IMG/VR virus record: IMGVR_UViG_3300042882_001046
Coordinates: 32,001-96,000 of that record
Strand: one strand, 5' to 3'
Source of the DNA: a virus
DNA: 64,000 nucleotides
Each line of letters opens with the position of its first letter. Position 1 is the stretch's first letter. A program made the position numbers and the translations under genes. Positions 1 to 10,090 of this stretch are shown piece after piece. The notes beneath the pieces are model-generated. The model was not told the DNA's origin, searched no databases, and saw only the letters and a list, made by a program, of their open reading frames with translations.

Positions 1-1
1 T

Positions 2-298
2 TCTCATAATTCACAAATTCCAGGTAAAGGAAAAATTAATTTTGACGATACTTTATATGGAATTTCACCTGAAAAATTTACAAATGAATTTTTACCAAAA
101 ACATCAAGTATGGTTAGAGGTGAAGAATTAATTGAATTGATTTCACTTATTGTTAGGTTCTTAGTTACACACACTCACGCATATCCTGGATTACCACCAG
201 TACCTGTTACACAAGATGGGACATCCGCACAAGGCATACTTACAGAACTTCAAAACGCAGCAAATAAGATTCTAAACGGAAATATCCGACTTAATTGA
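2..298 (+). CDS. 5'-truncated ORF, possible C-terminus of a baseplate central spike (gp5/gpV-like)
   Basis: Frame is open from position 2 (SHNSQIPGKG...). It has an HxH motif (THTHAYPGLPP) near the C-terminus, like the metal-binding tips of contractile-tail spikes. Confidence 0.45.
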   Translation, partial: SHNSQIPGKGKINFDDTLYGISPEKFTNEFLPKTSSMVRGEELIELISLIVRFLVTHTHAYPGLPPVPVTQDGTSAQGILTELQNAANKILNGNIRLN

Positions 299-319
299 TA
301 TTTATTGAATAAAAGATAA

Positions 320-1828
320 ATGTCGATTTTAAGGTCTTACATAAATAAAAATAACACCATCATTTCTAACTCATATGTTAACACGGGAAGAAACCCTGTT
401 ATTGAGTTAAATTTTGGTGCTTCGGATTTAATAGTTCCGAATTACGGTTACACAAGATTTATCTTTGATTTGGATTTATCTTTACTGCGCCAGAATATTT
501 CTTCGGGAGTTATTTCTACAGGTTGCACCTCAGCAATGACTCATACATTAAAAATGACTAACACATCTTCGTTTGACAATGAACTATTAAATTCATTTAT
601 GTCTAACGAAAGAAGAAGAGCAACATCATTTGATTTAATTCTTTTTAGAATTCCACAAATATCAGGAGACACAGGTGGTCCACAATATTGGGACGAAGGA
701 GTTGGATACGATTATAATGATTTTAACATTGCACAAAACAGTGCAAATGGTGGGGCGTCTCCCTTAACATATGTTGATAGTAGAGCATATTCTACAAGAC
801 CTTCAAACTGGTATCAAACAACAACAATATCAGGTTGGTCTCAAAACGGTATCTACAACAATAAGAATGAGGGCACTGTAAACTATTCAGGGTTAACAAT
901 CGTAGCAAGACAACATTTTGAACTTGGTAACGAAGACCTTAATATGGATATGAGTAGTGAAATTAACGGTGTATTGAATGGTTCTATTACAGGTGTAACA
1001 GGATGGGGATTGGCATATCTTCCTCAGATAGAAAACATTACAGGTCTTACCGACAGTTATAGTGTGGCGTTTTTCTCAAGACAAACTCAAACATTCTATC
1101 AACCTTTTTTACTTACAGATTATAATGATTTAATTCAAGATAATAGAAACCAATTTTTAAAGAACCAAGAAAACAAATTGTTTTTATACGTTTATCAGAA
1201 TGGTGATTTAGTTAATTTAGATTCCGACCCATACGTTAGAATTGAAGATAGAAATGGGGATGCTGTTAGTGGTATGTCTTCTTTGAATACTTGTTTAAGG
1301 ACTAAAGGGGTTTACGAAGTTGTTGTTCCTAACGGATTTTCAAATTATCCAACGCCATGTTTATTTTATGATGTTTGGTCAGGTTTAACAATCAATGGAC
1401 AATCTATTCCTAATGTAACAAATCAATTCACATTACAACCATATAGTGCGGGTATTCAAATTGGTTCAATGTCAAAAGAACCTCAAATTTATGGATTTGA
1501 TTTTTACGGTATTTTACAAAACGAAAAAATATTAAACACAGATATTCGTAAAGTTGGTGTAACAATCAAACAGGCATATACAGGTCAACAACTATTATTA
1601 GATGTTTCTGGATTCTATAGAGTGTATGTTATGGAAGGAACAACAGAGGTTCTTGTTCAAGATTGGACTCCAATTAACAGAACACCAAATGAGTATTATT
1701 TTATATTTGACATGAGAGACAAAATTCCAAATCAATATTATGTCGACATTCAAGTGAATACTTCAGGAGAAAAAGATACTTATAAAAGACAATTAACATT
1801 TTCAATTGTAAATACGAAACAATCATGA
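320..1828 (+). CDS. Putative virion structural protein (502 aa, beta-rich)
   Basis: Long ORF after the spike-like gene, TATTTAT motif upstream, no recognisable enzyme motif. Confidence 0.5.
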   Translation: MSILRSYINKNNTIISNSYVNTGRNPVIELNFGASDLIVPNYGYTRFIFDLDLSLLRQNISSGVISTGCTSAMTHTLKMTNTSSFDNELLNSFMSNERRRATSFDLILFRIPQISGDTGGPQYWDEGVGYDYNDFNIAQNSANGGASPLTYVDSRAYSTRPSNWYQTTTISGWSQNGIYNNKNEGTVNYSGLTIVARQHFELGNEDLNMDMSSEINGVLNGSITGVTGWGLAYLPQIENITGLTDSYSVAFFSRQTQTFYQPFLLTDYNDLIQDNRNQFLKNQENKLFLYVYQNGDLVNLDSDPYVRIEDRNGDAVSGMSSLNTCLRTKGVYEVVVPNGFSNYPTPCLFYDVWSGLTINGQSIPNVTNQFTLQPYSAGIQIGSMSKEPQIYGFDFYGILQNEKILNTDIRKVGVTIKQAYTGQQLLLDVSGFYRVYVMEGTTEVLVQDWTPINRTPNEYYFIFDMRDKIPNQYYVDIQVNTSGEKDTYKRQLTFSIVNTKQS

Positions 1829-2295
1829 GCAGAATAGTAAAGTTAACAGAAAAAGATATAACTAAGTTAGTTAATAAAGTTTTGAAGGAACAAGAACAAG
1901 AAACTGAAAACTATATGTTTTTTAGTAATCTAAAACAAATGGCAAGACAATGTCAAATGTTATTAGATATGGACCCACAAATGCTTGATGAAATCATTAA
2001 GGATGGTCACGATTGGGCGGATGACCACGTAACAGAAGCCAAAACGAATATGGACCAAGTTTTTGACTTTTTTATGAATGAAAAAAATAAAAGAGAACAA
2101 TATGTTGATTACGAAGACATTAGTGAAGGAAGAAAAAAAACTGGTACCAAACTTTGTTCAAGAGGAAAAGCAGCCGCGAAATCAAAATTCAAGGTTTATC
2201 CATCCGCTTATGCTAATGGATACGCAGTCCAAGTTTGTAAAGGTAAAATGCCAGGTTTAGACGGTAAGAAACATTGTTCAGGCACCTATTGTTAA
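1825..2295 (+). CDS. Hypothetical protein with helical N-terminal xLTE..VLKEQ motif and basic Cys-containing C-terminal domain
   Basis: ATGA overlap with the upstream gene. C-terminal KLCSRGKAAAKSKFKVYPSAYANGYAVQVC resembles small proteins of T4-like aquatic phages. Confidence 0.6.
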   Translation: MSRIVKLTEKDITKLVNKVLKEQEQETENYMFFSNLKQMARQCQMLLDMDPQMLDEIIKDGHDWADDHVTEAKTNMDQVFDFFMNEKNKREQYVDYEDISEGRKKTGTKLCSRGKAAAKSKFKVYPSAYANGYAVQVCKGKMPGLDGKKHCSGTYC

Positions 2296-2323
2296 TCCAA
2301 AATTTTTGCCTTAAATTTGCCAT

Positions 2324-2743
2324 ATGGAAAAGAAAGACAAGAGGACATTGGGGTATTTTACAAAAATACTATATAAATTCTATTTAAAACTTAAAGATAA
2401 ATTTGACCCTTCACCAAAAATTACGGACGAAGAAAGATATTGTGTTCAAATTTGTATGAAGTTGTTGGATAATTATCTATCCAAATTGACATTTGCTCCT
2501 GTGTCCGAAAGTAGATATATTGTTAATGAAGACAAACAAATGTTTGTTGTAATTAACAACCACACAATCAACATTACAAATCATGTATATTCATACACCA
2601 TTTATATTCAAGACCATTCATCGTATTCAAGACTAACTAAAAAATTTGATTCAATTCTTGAAGAGGAAAGACAAAATATTCAAGATGAAATAAGACGTAA
2701 CATTAAACATTCGTTACAAACTATTTTGGACGGACTTGATTAA
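2324..2743 (+). CDS. Hypothetical protein
   Basis: 139-aa ORF preceded by TAAATTTG (2312-2319), a Bacteroidota -7 promoter element. Confidence 0.6.
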   Translation: MEKKDKRTLGYFTKILYKFYLKLKDKFDPSPKITDEERYCVQICMKLLDNYLSKLTFAPVSESRYIVNEDKQMFVVINNHTINITNHVYSYTIYIQDHSSYSRLTKKFDSILEEERQNIQDEIRRNIKHSLQTILDGLD

Positions 2744-3413
2744 TATGTTCTCTTAATACCTTACGTATCGTATTTGTTATTGATTCATTTTTAGGTTTGT
2801 ACGATACCATTTTTGGTTTGTTGCCAGTACCCACTTTTGAGTGGGTTTTTTCTGCCTTTCTTTTTTGAGCACAAGCCGCTCTTTTCTGACTATCAGACAT
2901 TTTTGATGCAACTCCCGCGGCTCTACATTTAGGATATCCTTTATCTGTTGCATTTGGTCTACCACACGGAGGATGACCACCACCTTCTTTTTTTCTACAA
3001 ATATTTACCCACGGACCTTTTGGTTGTTTTGAACCTTTAGGTTTTTTCTTAGTGCCAAACCAAACCGCCAAGTCTTCTTTTAAAAGAGATTCTTTTAAGG
3101 GCTCCCCACTTATTGTTGGGTTAATCGCAGAACCTTCTTCATCGTTCTGCCCTGTATAGAATTGTTTTAAATAATCGTCAACTTTACTAATCTTTTTGGT
3201 TCTTTTTTCAATTCTTTCTCTTTCTTCAGGAGATTCAAGATAATCTCCGTCGGCTTCTTGATATGCTAACTGAGCGTTTGTGTATTTGTAAACAGGGTTT
3301 ATAAAAGGACCCAATTCTTCCTCAGTCCAATCTTGTGGAGCTAAAATGATTGGAACTTTAAATTTTCCAGAACTACCTGAACTAGTTGCCTCTTTTAGTG
3401 TATTTTTTTTCAT
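2721..3413 (-). CDS. Hypothetical protein with basic WF..W..PCGR..YPKC domain
   Basis: 230-aa ORF. The motif AVWFG..GPWVNIC..PPCGR..GYPKCR is typical of conserved hypotheticals in T4-like aquatic phages. Confidence 0.65.
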   Translation of the reverse strand: MKKNTLKEATSSGSSGKFKVPIILAPQDWTEEELGPFINPVYKYTNAQLAYQEADGDYLESPEERERIEKRTKKISKVDDYLKQFYTGQNDEEGSAINPTISGEPLKESLLKEDLAVWFGTKKKPKGSKQPKGPWVNICRKKEGGGHPPCGRPNATDKGYPKCRAAGVASKMSDSQKRAACAQKRKAEKTHSKVGTGNKPKMVSYKPKNESITNTIRKVLREHINQVRPK

Positions 3414-3451
3414 ATTATTTACTATAATAAATATACAAACAGATTAGAATT

Positions 3452-3685
3452 ATGACAGAGAAACAACCAATAGGATTACTTTTTGATAGTGTTGCTTATT
3501 ACACGCCAAATGATGTGAATAGATTATGTGATGATATGAACTTAGAACAGGCTTATTACATGATGATTAAAGCGTTAGAATTTGCACACAACGCAAGAAT
3601 TTTTACACTACAAGAATCAGAATTAGTTTCTAAATCTTTGAGAGTAATGAACACCCATTTTACAGAACAACCAAATGAAGAATAA
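3452..3685 (+). CDS. Hypothetical protein
   Basis: 77-aa ORF ending at a bidirectional terminator. Confidence 0.55.
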   Translation: MTEKQPIGLLFDSVAYYTPNDVNRLCDDMNLEQAYYMMIKALEFAHNARIFTLQESELVSKSLRVMNTHFTEQPNEE

Positions 3686-3711
3686 AAAAGAGGTCTCACG
3701 GGACCTCTTTT
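3684..3711. terminator. Bidirectional intrinsic terminator
   Basis: AAAAAAGAGGTC-tcacgg-GACCTCTTTT between convergent genes. Confidence 0.8.
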
Positions 3712-3714
3712 ATT

Positions 3715-4485
3715 TTATAATTTGTTTCCACAAGAAGGACAAAACTTAAAATTTCTTTTAATTTTTGTACCACACTCGGTACAATACTGTCTTATTTCTT
3801 CAACATTAATATTCTTAGTACCCAACGGAAGTATTTTAAATTTAACCGTATGAGAGGTGTGGTAGTTAAACTGCTCATAAGAATTAGTAAAGTTTTGGTT
3901 TGACTTTTCTCCCTTTTCAATTCTTCCAGTCTCAATTGATTTTTTTGATTTTAAAGACCTTATGTTTGGTCCTGTAGGTGTTGATGTTGAAGAATAAAAT
4001 GAGGTTGATGTGGAGCCAACAATATTACTATTACTTGTGGTAAATGTCATGTTACCGTAATAAGGTGACCCTGTATTAATAGTTGTCCAACCAGTACCCC
4101 AATTTCCACCTGAAAGGTGAGGGTAAACCCTAACTTCTTGTTCATCATAGAACTCAACCAATACATCCCCATTTAAGTCAATTGCAGACCTATTCTCGGA
4201 CGTATCTTTTACTTTGTAGGTAGAGAACTCAAACTTGTTATTTGTGTCAAGGAAACGTTCTAAAAACACTCTCTGACCAGGTCTTAATACAACACCTGAG
4301 GTTGAGATGTAATTTCCGTTTAACTTAATCTTACAGAGAACAGATTTGTGAGTTGGGTTATGAAGTTCAAATTCAAAATTGTCTTTATCAGTTAGAAAGA
4401 CATTGTGGCCGTTGTAGACCTTAAGACGTGACTTTTTCTTTGTGATGTGCGCAGTCGGTTTGCCCACTTGTGTTGTGTAATACAT
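3715..4485 (-). CDS. Protein with C-terminal double zinc ribbon
   Basis: Ends in CTECG...FCPSCG. The likely start is ATG at 4485 (MYYTTQ). Confidence 0.7.
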   Translation of the reverse strand: MYYTTQVGKPTAHITKKKSRLKVYNGHNVFLTDKDNFEFELHNPTHKSVLCKIKLNGNYISTSGVVLRPGQRVFLERFLDTNNKFEFSTYKVKDTSENRSAIDLNGDVLVEFYDEQEVRVYPHLSGGNWGTGWTTINTGSPYYGNMTFTTSNSNIVGSTSTSFYSSTSTPTGPNIRSLKSKKSIETGRIEKGEKSNQNFTNSYEQFNYHTSHTVKFKILPLGTKNINVEEIRQYCTECGTKIKRNFKFCPSCGNKL

Positions 4486-4643
4486 TTGTTTTAGTTTTAA
4501 CAATAGTTTTATGACTATGTTACCAATACCTTTGTATCCGTGAATACTCTACAGTCGTTAAAACTGGGGACTGATAAACTTAAATCTATTTATAATTATA
4601 ATTTAATTTGGAAAATTGAAAATAATTTCCTTATCTTTGTTCT

Positions 4644-4994
4644 ATGAAAAAAATATTATTTGTTTTTTTGTTATTAATTTCATCAGTTTCTTTTGGACAA
4701 AAGAAAACTGAGGGTAGTCCTTTGGTTAAATACCTTTCAGAAAAAATTAATCAAGACATAACTTTTGTTGTGTGGGAAGAAAAAATGGACTCATTTAGAG
4801 TCCATGAAATAACTTATTATGACTTTAAAAAAGAAAATTACATTACTTTAGGCGAATCAGAAATAAAATTAATGTATCCTGAATTATTAAATTGGTTTAC
4901 AATTAAAAAAAATCTTCCACGACGTAGAACCAACAGGGCAAACATTAATAACCTTAATACTATCAAGACCGTCGACTTTGGGAATCGGCCCTAA
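4644..4994 (+). CDS. Small secreted hypothetical protein
   Basis: Signal peptide MKKILFVFLLLISSVSFG; TATCTTTG promoter element immediately upstream. Confidence 0.55.
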   Translation: MKKILFVFLLLISSVSFGQKKTEGSPLVKYLSEKINQDITFVVWEEKMDSFRVHEITYYDFKKENYITLGESEIKLMYPELLNWFTIKKNLPRRRTNRANINNLNTIKTVDFGNRP

Positions 4995-6113
4995 GTTTTT
5001 AACAATATTACCGCCAATTTCGGATGTCACAATTCCCCAAGGAAAATCTGGTCCCAATTTTTTAAAAAGTTTACCTTTTCGACCGTCATCATCAAACTCA
5101 CTAAACGCTTTCATATAATTTTCATTACCTAAAGGTGGAAATCTAAAAGTATTTTTGAAACTATCCTCTAGTTTCCAATCTTTCATTGCTGGTAATGCTG
5201 CGGACAATCTTGGGTCATCCATACTTATTCTTTCATAAGTTGTGTCCCCGTATTGAGATGGTAATGGTCCTCCTCCATATTTTGCCATTAATGCGGTTCC
5301 TAAAAATATTCTATACTCATCTGAAGAATCTCCTCTAAACATGGCGTCTCCATATGTTTTTCCATTATACTCAAAGTATATTATGTCAGGTTGATAATAA
5401 GTTTCATATGAAATGAAAACATTACCCTCACCAGCACCTAATGTCTTATCATAAATTTTCGTATAATCATTTTTAGGTAGTAGGTATCCCCCTCCAGCAT
5501 TTAACGGAGTCGTATTACAGAGTAATTTTGTTTTTGTACTTGTTGTAGTTTTAGTACCCTGTCCAACTATATCAAAATCTACAAATTGTTCTTTAGAATA
5601 CGCTTCAGCATATTTTTGTTTAAATTCTTCTGATTTGGCTCTATTATATGGCGTTTGACCAATCTTAACTTCTTTTACGTCCTTAGGGGCATTAATAACT
5701 AATGTCCCACTTTTAATCAAATCAGGGAATAACTCCTCAAAATAATTTTTTATACTGTTAGCTCTAGCTAAAGCTAAACTACCTTTTTCTTCAAAACCTT
5801 TTGGGTTTGTTACTAGTGATTCTCCCGCACTAATATTAACTGTAAATTTTGAAGAATCTGAATCTTTAATAAAATTTTCAATTTGAGGCTTTAAGTCGGA
5901 TAATGATTTTTTTACAGCGTCTGATTCATATTTACCAAACCCAAACTTATCACCTAATTTTGTTGTTGGGAAATTTTTATTTTCAGTTTTAGTTTCGGTA
6001 CCAACAACAACAGATGTTTGTTCTGACAAATATAAATTTTTTGTTGCAGACTCGTGTAAATTAAGAATTCTTAATCTTTCACTTTCAACTATATTCCAAT
6101 TTTGTTTAATCAT
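4887..6113 (-). CDS. Putative virion protein with OmpA-like segment
   Basis: Start moved to 6113 (MIKQNW). It has an N-terminal SERLRILNLHE motif, and ISAGES..SLALARANSIKNYF resembles the OmpA/MotB peptidoglycan-binding signature. Confidence 0.55.
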   Translation of the reverse strand: MIKQNWNIVESERLRILNLHESATKNLYLSEQTSVVVGTETKTENKNFPTTKLGDKFGFGKYESDAVKKSLSDLKPQIENFIKDSDSSKFTVNISAGESLVTNPKGFEEKGSLALARANSIKNYFEELFPDLIKSGTLVINAPKDVKEVKIGQTPYNRAKSEEFKQKYAEAYSKEQFVDFDIVGQGTKTTTSTKTKLLCNTTPLNAGGGYLLPKNDYTKIYDKTLGAGEGNVFISYETYYQPDIIYFEYNGKTYGDAMFRGDSSDEYRIFLGTALMAKYGGGPLPSQYGDTTYERISMDDPRLSAALPAMKDWKLEDSFKNTFRFPPLGNENYMKAFSEFDDDGRKGKLFKKLGPDFPWGIVTSEIGGNIVKNLGPIPKVDGLDSIKVINVCPVGSTSWKIFFNCKPI

Positions 6114-6133
6114 ATTAATAAATATCATATAAT

Positions 6134-6163
6134 AAAAAAAAGGGTCCCATTGGGACCCTTTTT
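6134..6163 (-). terminator. Intrinsic terminator after the major capsid gene
   Basis: GGGTCCCA-t-TGGGACCC hairpin flanked by A/T runs. Confidence 0.8.
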
Positions 6164-6183
6164 AATATTGGTTAGACCATAGA

Positions 6184-7974
6184 TTATCTCAATTCTCTCA
6201 AGTCAAATGTTCTAACACCATCAACTGTGATTCTTCCGTAGAATCTGTTGTTCACCATTTTCTTAGCGTATCTAGTCATGATACCTTTGATTGGTGTAAA
6301 GTTGAATGGGTTGTACATTGTTGGAGTTAATTGTAGAGGTACGTATGGTGCGTAGATGTAACCTGTGTCAAGTAAAGATGTACCTTTGTGACCCATTAAC
6401 ACTTGGTTAGGTGGGAAGTAAGGGTCTCTATACACTTGGTAACGACCTGCTAATGTACCAACTCTCTCAATACCCATGTTGTATTGGTCTTGCTCAGGAG
6501 CTGCGTTTGATACGTGGAAATATTCCAAGTCATCAAAAATTGCACTGATTTCAGAAGATACAACAATCCAGTTAGCTCCACCTCTCAAGGTAGATTTGTG
6601 GATTTGAGCTGAAATTTGGTTAATCGCTGTGATAAGCGTTTGGTTCCAGTCTTTCTGAGTATAAGGTACTGCAGAAGAACCTAATCTCTTCCAACCGTTG
6701 TAATCCCATCTTAAGTTCCAAGCCGCACCTTTTCTAAGGTCTCTCAAGATTTCTCTATCGATTTCAGCCGCAACTTGCTCAGATAATAAAGCTGTTAATT
6801 CAGCTTCAGCATCGATGTTGTGGAATGCCGCAACGTCTTGTGCCATTTCTGGAGACCATTGTGCTCTTAATTTTCTTTCAGTTACAGAAACTGTTACTGA
6901 CATAAGGTCGAAAGAAACCTCACCGATTCTATCTTCGAATTCTAAGTTCTTATAGATTCTATAAGTTGCTGTGAATGCGTTTGATGTATCAACTGTTGAT
7001 ACGAATGTAGAACCTGTGTAACCGTCTAATGAACCACCACAAGTGATACATACTGGTACCTGTAAATCAACTTCTAAATAGATTTTTCCTTCAGCATCAC
7101 ATAAGTTGTCATATTGACCACCATCAGTTTTACTGTTAGGGAATACTAACGTAGCGTTGTTGTTACCGTACTGTACAATACCTTTACCATATCTTTGAGT
7201 TACAACTCTGAATAAATAAGGGTTAGTTGTGTTAGCAGAAGTTGTTGTGTTTCCAGAAACACCATAGATTGTCAAATCAGATAAGAAAGCTTCGTTATCC
7301 ATTGGTTGACCATCAGGACCGATTAATTTACCTGCTCCATCAGATGCGAAACCTGACATAACTACTAATACTTTTCTGTAATCAGATTGAGTATAAGCAG
7401 AAGGAACTAAATTATCAGCTAACCAAGCAACTGTAGTTACAGGAGCTGTGATTGCAGAAAACTGTCCTTTTGAATAGTCGAATAAACCTGGTGGGTCTAA
7501 CGCTGGTTCGTTACCTTCATAGAATCTATCGTAAAGGTCTTTTGTGTTGTTATAGTCATAACCTGAGTTTGGAGTTTGGTTAGCAGCTGCGTTTGGTGAA
7601 CCGTAAGGTGCCCAGTGCTGATTTTGTGCATTCTCATAAGACTGAATGTTAGGTACGAAGTAGAATAATTTACCGATTGGTAAGTTCATAGCTTGTACTG
7701 AAACGATATCGTTTGCTAATAATTTAGAGAAAACTCTTCTAACGATAGGGAAAACAACTGTTTCAAATGCACCTGTATCAGATGTAGATGATGCTTCGTT
7801 AATTAAGTGTGAAGCTTGGTTTTCGTAAAGTTGAGCTACGTTCTCTCTCATGTGACCTTTAAGACCCTCTAAGAATCCTAATTTGTCCCATTTGTTGATT
7901 GTATCTTCTTTGATAACTTTAAGGTGCTTAAGACCGATGTTACCAACAAGACCTGATTCTAATAATGCTCCCAT
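6184..7974 (-). CDS. Major capsid protein, T4 gp23-like
   Basis: PIVRRV..L.ANDIVSVQAM..P.G..FY, RKLRAQWSPEMAQD..AFH.IDAE.EL, YAPYVPL and GIMTRY motifs of the gp23 family. Confidence 0.95.
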   Translation of the reverse strand: MGALLESGLVGNIGLKHLKVIKEDTINKWDKLGFLEGLKGHMRENVAQLYENQASHLINEASSTSDTGAFETVVFPIVRRVFSKLLANDIVSVQAMNLPIGKLFYFVPNIQSYENAQNQHWAPYGSPNAAANQTPNSGYDYNNTKDLYDRFYEGNEPALDPPGLFDYSKGQFSAITAPVTTVAWLADNLVPSAYTQSDYRKVLVVMSGFASDGAGKLIGPDGQPMDNEAFLSDLTIYGVSGNTTTSANTTNPYLFRVVTQRYGKGIVQYGNNNATLVFPNSKTDGGQYDNLCDAEGKIYLEVDLQVPVCITCGGSLDGYTGSTFVSTVDTSNAFTATYRIYKNLEFEDRIGEVSFDLMSVTVSVTERKLRAQWSPEMAQDVAAFHNIDAEAELTALLSEQVAAEIDREILRDLRKGAAWNLRWDYNGWKRLGSSAVPYTQKDWNQTLITAINQISAQIHKSTLRGGANWIVVSSEISAIFDDLEYFHVSNAAPEQDQYNMGIERVGTLAGRYQVYRDPYFPPNQVLMGHKGTSLLDTGYIYAPYVPLQLTPTMYNPFNFTPIKGIMTRYAKKMVNNRFYGRITVDGVRTFDLRELR

Positions 7975-8006
7975 TTTAGTATTTGTTTGTTTTAATTTAT
8001 TTTTTA

Positions 8007-9626
8007 TTACCCAATTTTACTCATTAAATCCTTCATTCTCATGAACTGAGGATTTTCGTAAGTTTTTGATTCAATTAAGGTAGTTGATGAACCTGTTGAA
8101 ACGTTTTTGTTTAATTTTGTTTCAACTGATTCGTTAATTGGTGTTGATTCAGTTTTAGATAATTCATCTTTAATTGACTTGTAAAGATTTTTTGATTCTT
8201 TCAAAGTTTCTACATTATCAAATCTTCTAAGAATATTTATTTTTTCTTTTTTAGTAGTCGAATGTTCTGTGAATAATCTAGTTGCATATGCTAAGTTTGA
8301 GTTGAAGATTGCAACTTCGTTAAGCTTTTCTCTGAAAATATTTAACGCTTTTCTGTATTCTTCATTCTTTTCTCTCAACATATTAACTTCTTCTTGAGTA
8401 GATTCTACTTTAACACCACTTTTACCATAAACATAGTTTCTGTTATTTGTGATGCCTTTTCTTAGACCTCTACCTTCTTTTGAACCCATGCCATAAGTTC
8501 TAGCAGCTTCTTTGGTTTCTCTTTTTTCAAAACCTGCGTCATCTCTACGAGCTTTAGTCGTTTTAAGGTTTTTTGGAGCAATTTTACCGTGCTTCATTGA
8601 TAACCTTTCATCTTCCTTGTCTTTGTATCCTTGACCTTCTTTTGTTTCTGCTTTAACAACTTTTGACTTGCCTTCCATATTTGCGCCTTTCTTGTATTCG
8701 AATTTTGCTTTACCAGTACCTACTGATTTAGGACCTTCTTTTTTGTCCTCTTTAAATCCACCTGCAGCTTTATCTTTGTAAGTGAATTTAGGTCCTGAGC
8801 CAATTCCAACACCTTTAGGTTTTACTGTCGATTTACCTTCTCTAACAGCTCTTCTATGGTTGTAAGATTCGTCCAAATCTTCTTCGTCGTCTTCTTCCAT
8901 CATGTCTTCATCTTCTGATTCCATCATGTCTTCATCATCTGATTCCATCATGTCTTCGTCTTCTGATTCCATCATGTCGTCTTCATCTTCTTCTTCCATC
9001 ATGTCCTCATCATCTGATTCCATCATGTCGTCTTCTGAATCAAACTCGATTTCATACATAACTTCTTCGTCTTGGTCAACGTCGATATCTTCAACGTCTC
9101 CGTCTTTTGAGAAAATTGCGTTGATTACATCTTCAGTATCAACATCCATTTCATCGATTTCATCTATCATAGTTTCATCCATTTCTTCCTCAGACTCACC
9201 AAGCTTAACTAAATATTCTGCATCAGCGTCGTTGTCAGTTAAGTGAATATCTTCACCATCTTTTTTAACGATGATTCCGTCTTCTTCACCCATAGCCTTA
9301 AACACCTTAAGAATTTCTTCGTCAGAAGCGTCAGTCAAATCTATTGGACTTTCTTCAGAATCCATATCCATGTCCATGTCAAATTCCATGTCCATTTCCA
9401 TATCATCCTCATTATCAGTATCCATGTCAACGTCTTCGTCGTCCATGTCTACATCTAATTCAACCTCATCTTCCATATCTTGTTCTGATAGAGATTCTTT
9501 TACTAACTGATTGATTTCTTCCTTCATAGTTGAAGCAAGTATTCCTTTTGCATTCTCGGCGATAGCCTCCTCAACATTTTTCATTTGAATGAGCGCCTCT
9601 TGTACTAAGTTTTTATTTTCTTGCAT
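8007..9626 (-). CDS. Prohead core scaffolding protein (gp22-like), highly acidic
   Basis: Lies between the protease and MCP genes. It has an Asp/Glu/Met-rich middle and a coiled-coil C-terminus with N..LAYATRLF.E..IL.RFD. Confidence 0.75.
   Translation of the reverse strand: MQENKNLVQEALIQMKNVEEAIAENAKGILASTMKEEINQLVKESLSEQDMEDEVELDVDMDDEDVDMDTDNEDDMEMDMEFDMDMDMDSEESPIDLTDASDEEILKVFKAMGEEDGIIVKKDGEDIHLTDNDADAEYLVKLGESEEEMDETMIDEIDEMDVDTEDVINAIFSKDGDVEDIDVDQDEEVMYEIEFDSEDDMMESDDEDMMEEEDEDDMMESEDEDMMESDDEDMMESEDEDMMEEDDEEDLDESYNHRRAVREGKSTVKPKGVGIGSGPKFTYKDKAAGGFKEDKKEGPKSVGTGKAKFEYKKGANMEGKSKVVKAETKEGQGYKDKEDERLSMKHGKIAPKNLKTTKARRDDAGFEKRETKEAARTYGMGSKEGRGLRKGITNNRNYVYGKSGVKVESTQEEVNMLREKNEEYRKALNIFREKLNEVAIFNSNLAYATRLFTEHSTTKKEKINILRRFDNVETLKESKNLYKSIKDELSKTESTPINESVETKLNKNVSTGSSTTLIESKTYENPQFMRMKDLMSKIG
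8895..9032 (-). repeat. Coding tandem repeat (~24-nt unit, MMES[DE]DED)
   Basis: About 6 degenerate copies of gattccatcatgtc(t/g)tc within the scaffold gene. Confidence 0.85.
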
Positions 9627-9685
9627 GAAAAAATTATTTAATTTATCATATAAATAGTGTCAAAATGAAAAAAAATTCATTTTGA

Positions 9686-10009
9686 TTATACCACTACGTA
9701 AGATTTATTTGATTGTTGTACTGATTTAACTAATTGATATCCTTGTGAATCCAACCAAGATGTGAGTGAATCAAAATTGGTTTCCCAAACTATGCATATT
9801 ATTGGGGTACCTAATGCATCCAATGCGGTAACCTGATAAGAATTTGTTCCAACAACATTATAGTGAATTGTAGCTTGAGGAATCAATTGTATTGAGTTAA
9901 TACTTAAACCAGTACCTTCACAATACGCCAAACAAGATGACCAAGTATTGGCAGAAATAACATGTTGTTGTTGAGATGGGGTAGTCCCTAATATTGCTAA
10001 GAAATTCAT
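9686..10009 (-). CDS. Hypothetical protein
   Basis: 107-aa ORF with a TATTTAT motif just upstream. Confidence 0.55.
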   Translation of the reverse strand: MNFLAILGTTPSQQQHVISANTWSSCLAYCEGTGLSINSIQLIPQATIHYNVVGTNSYQVTALDALGTPIICIVWETNFDSLTSWLDSQGYQLVKSVQQSNKSYVVV

Positions 10010-10039
10010 ATATTTTTTTTATATAAATATCCCCCAAAC

Positions 10040-10067
10040 AAAAAAAGTGGTCATTAAGACCACTTTT
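10040..10067 (-). terminator. Intrinsic terminator
   Basis: AAAAGTGGTC-attaa-GACCACTTTT. Confidence 0.75.
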
Positions 10068-10090
10068 AAATTAATTAACGTTTAAGTCAA

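Noticed and set aside
8895-9032. Periodic repeats as a possible CRISPR array
   Set aside because: The repeats are in-frame coding units with no unique spacers. No CRISPR array or cas gene was seen anywhere in the window.
8902-9510. Ser/Ile-rich plus-strand ORFs (8902-9246, 9271-9510, 9243-9458)
   Set aside because: They are antisense shadows of the acidic repeats in the scaffold gene.
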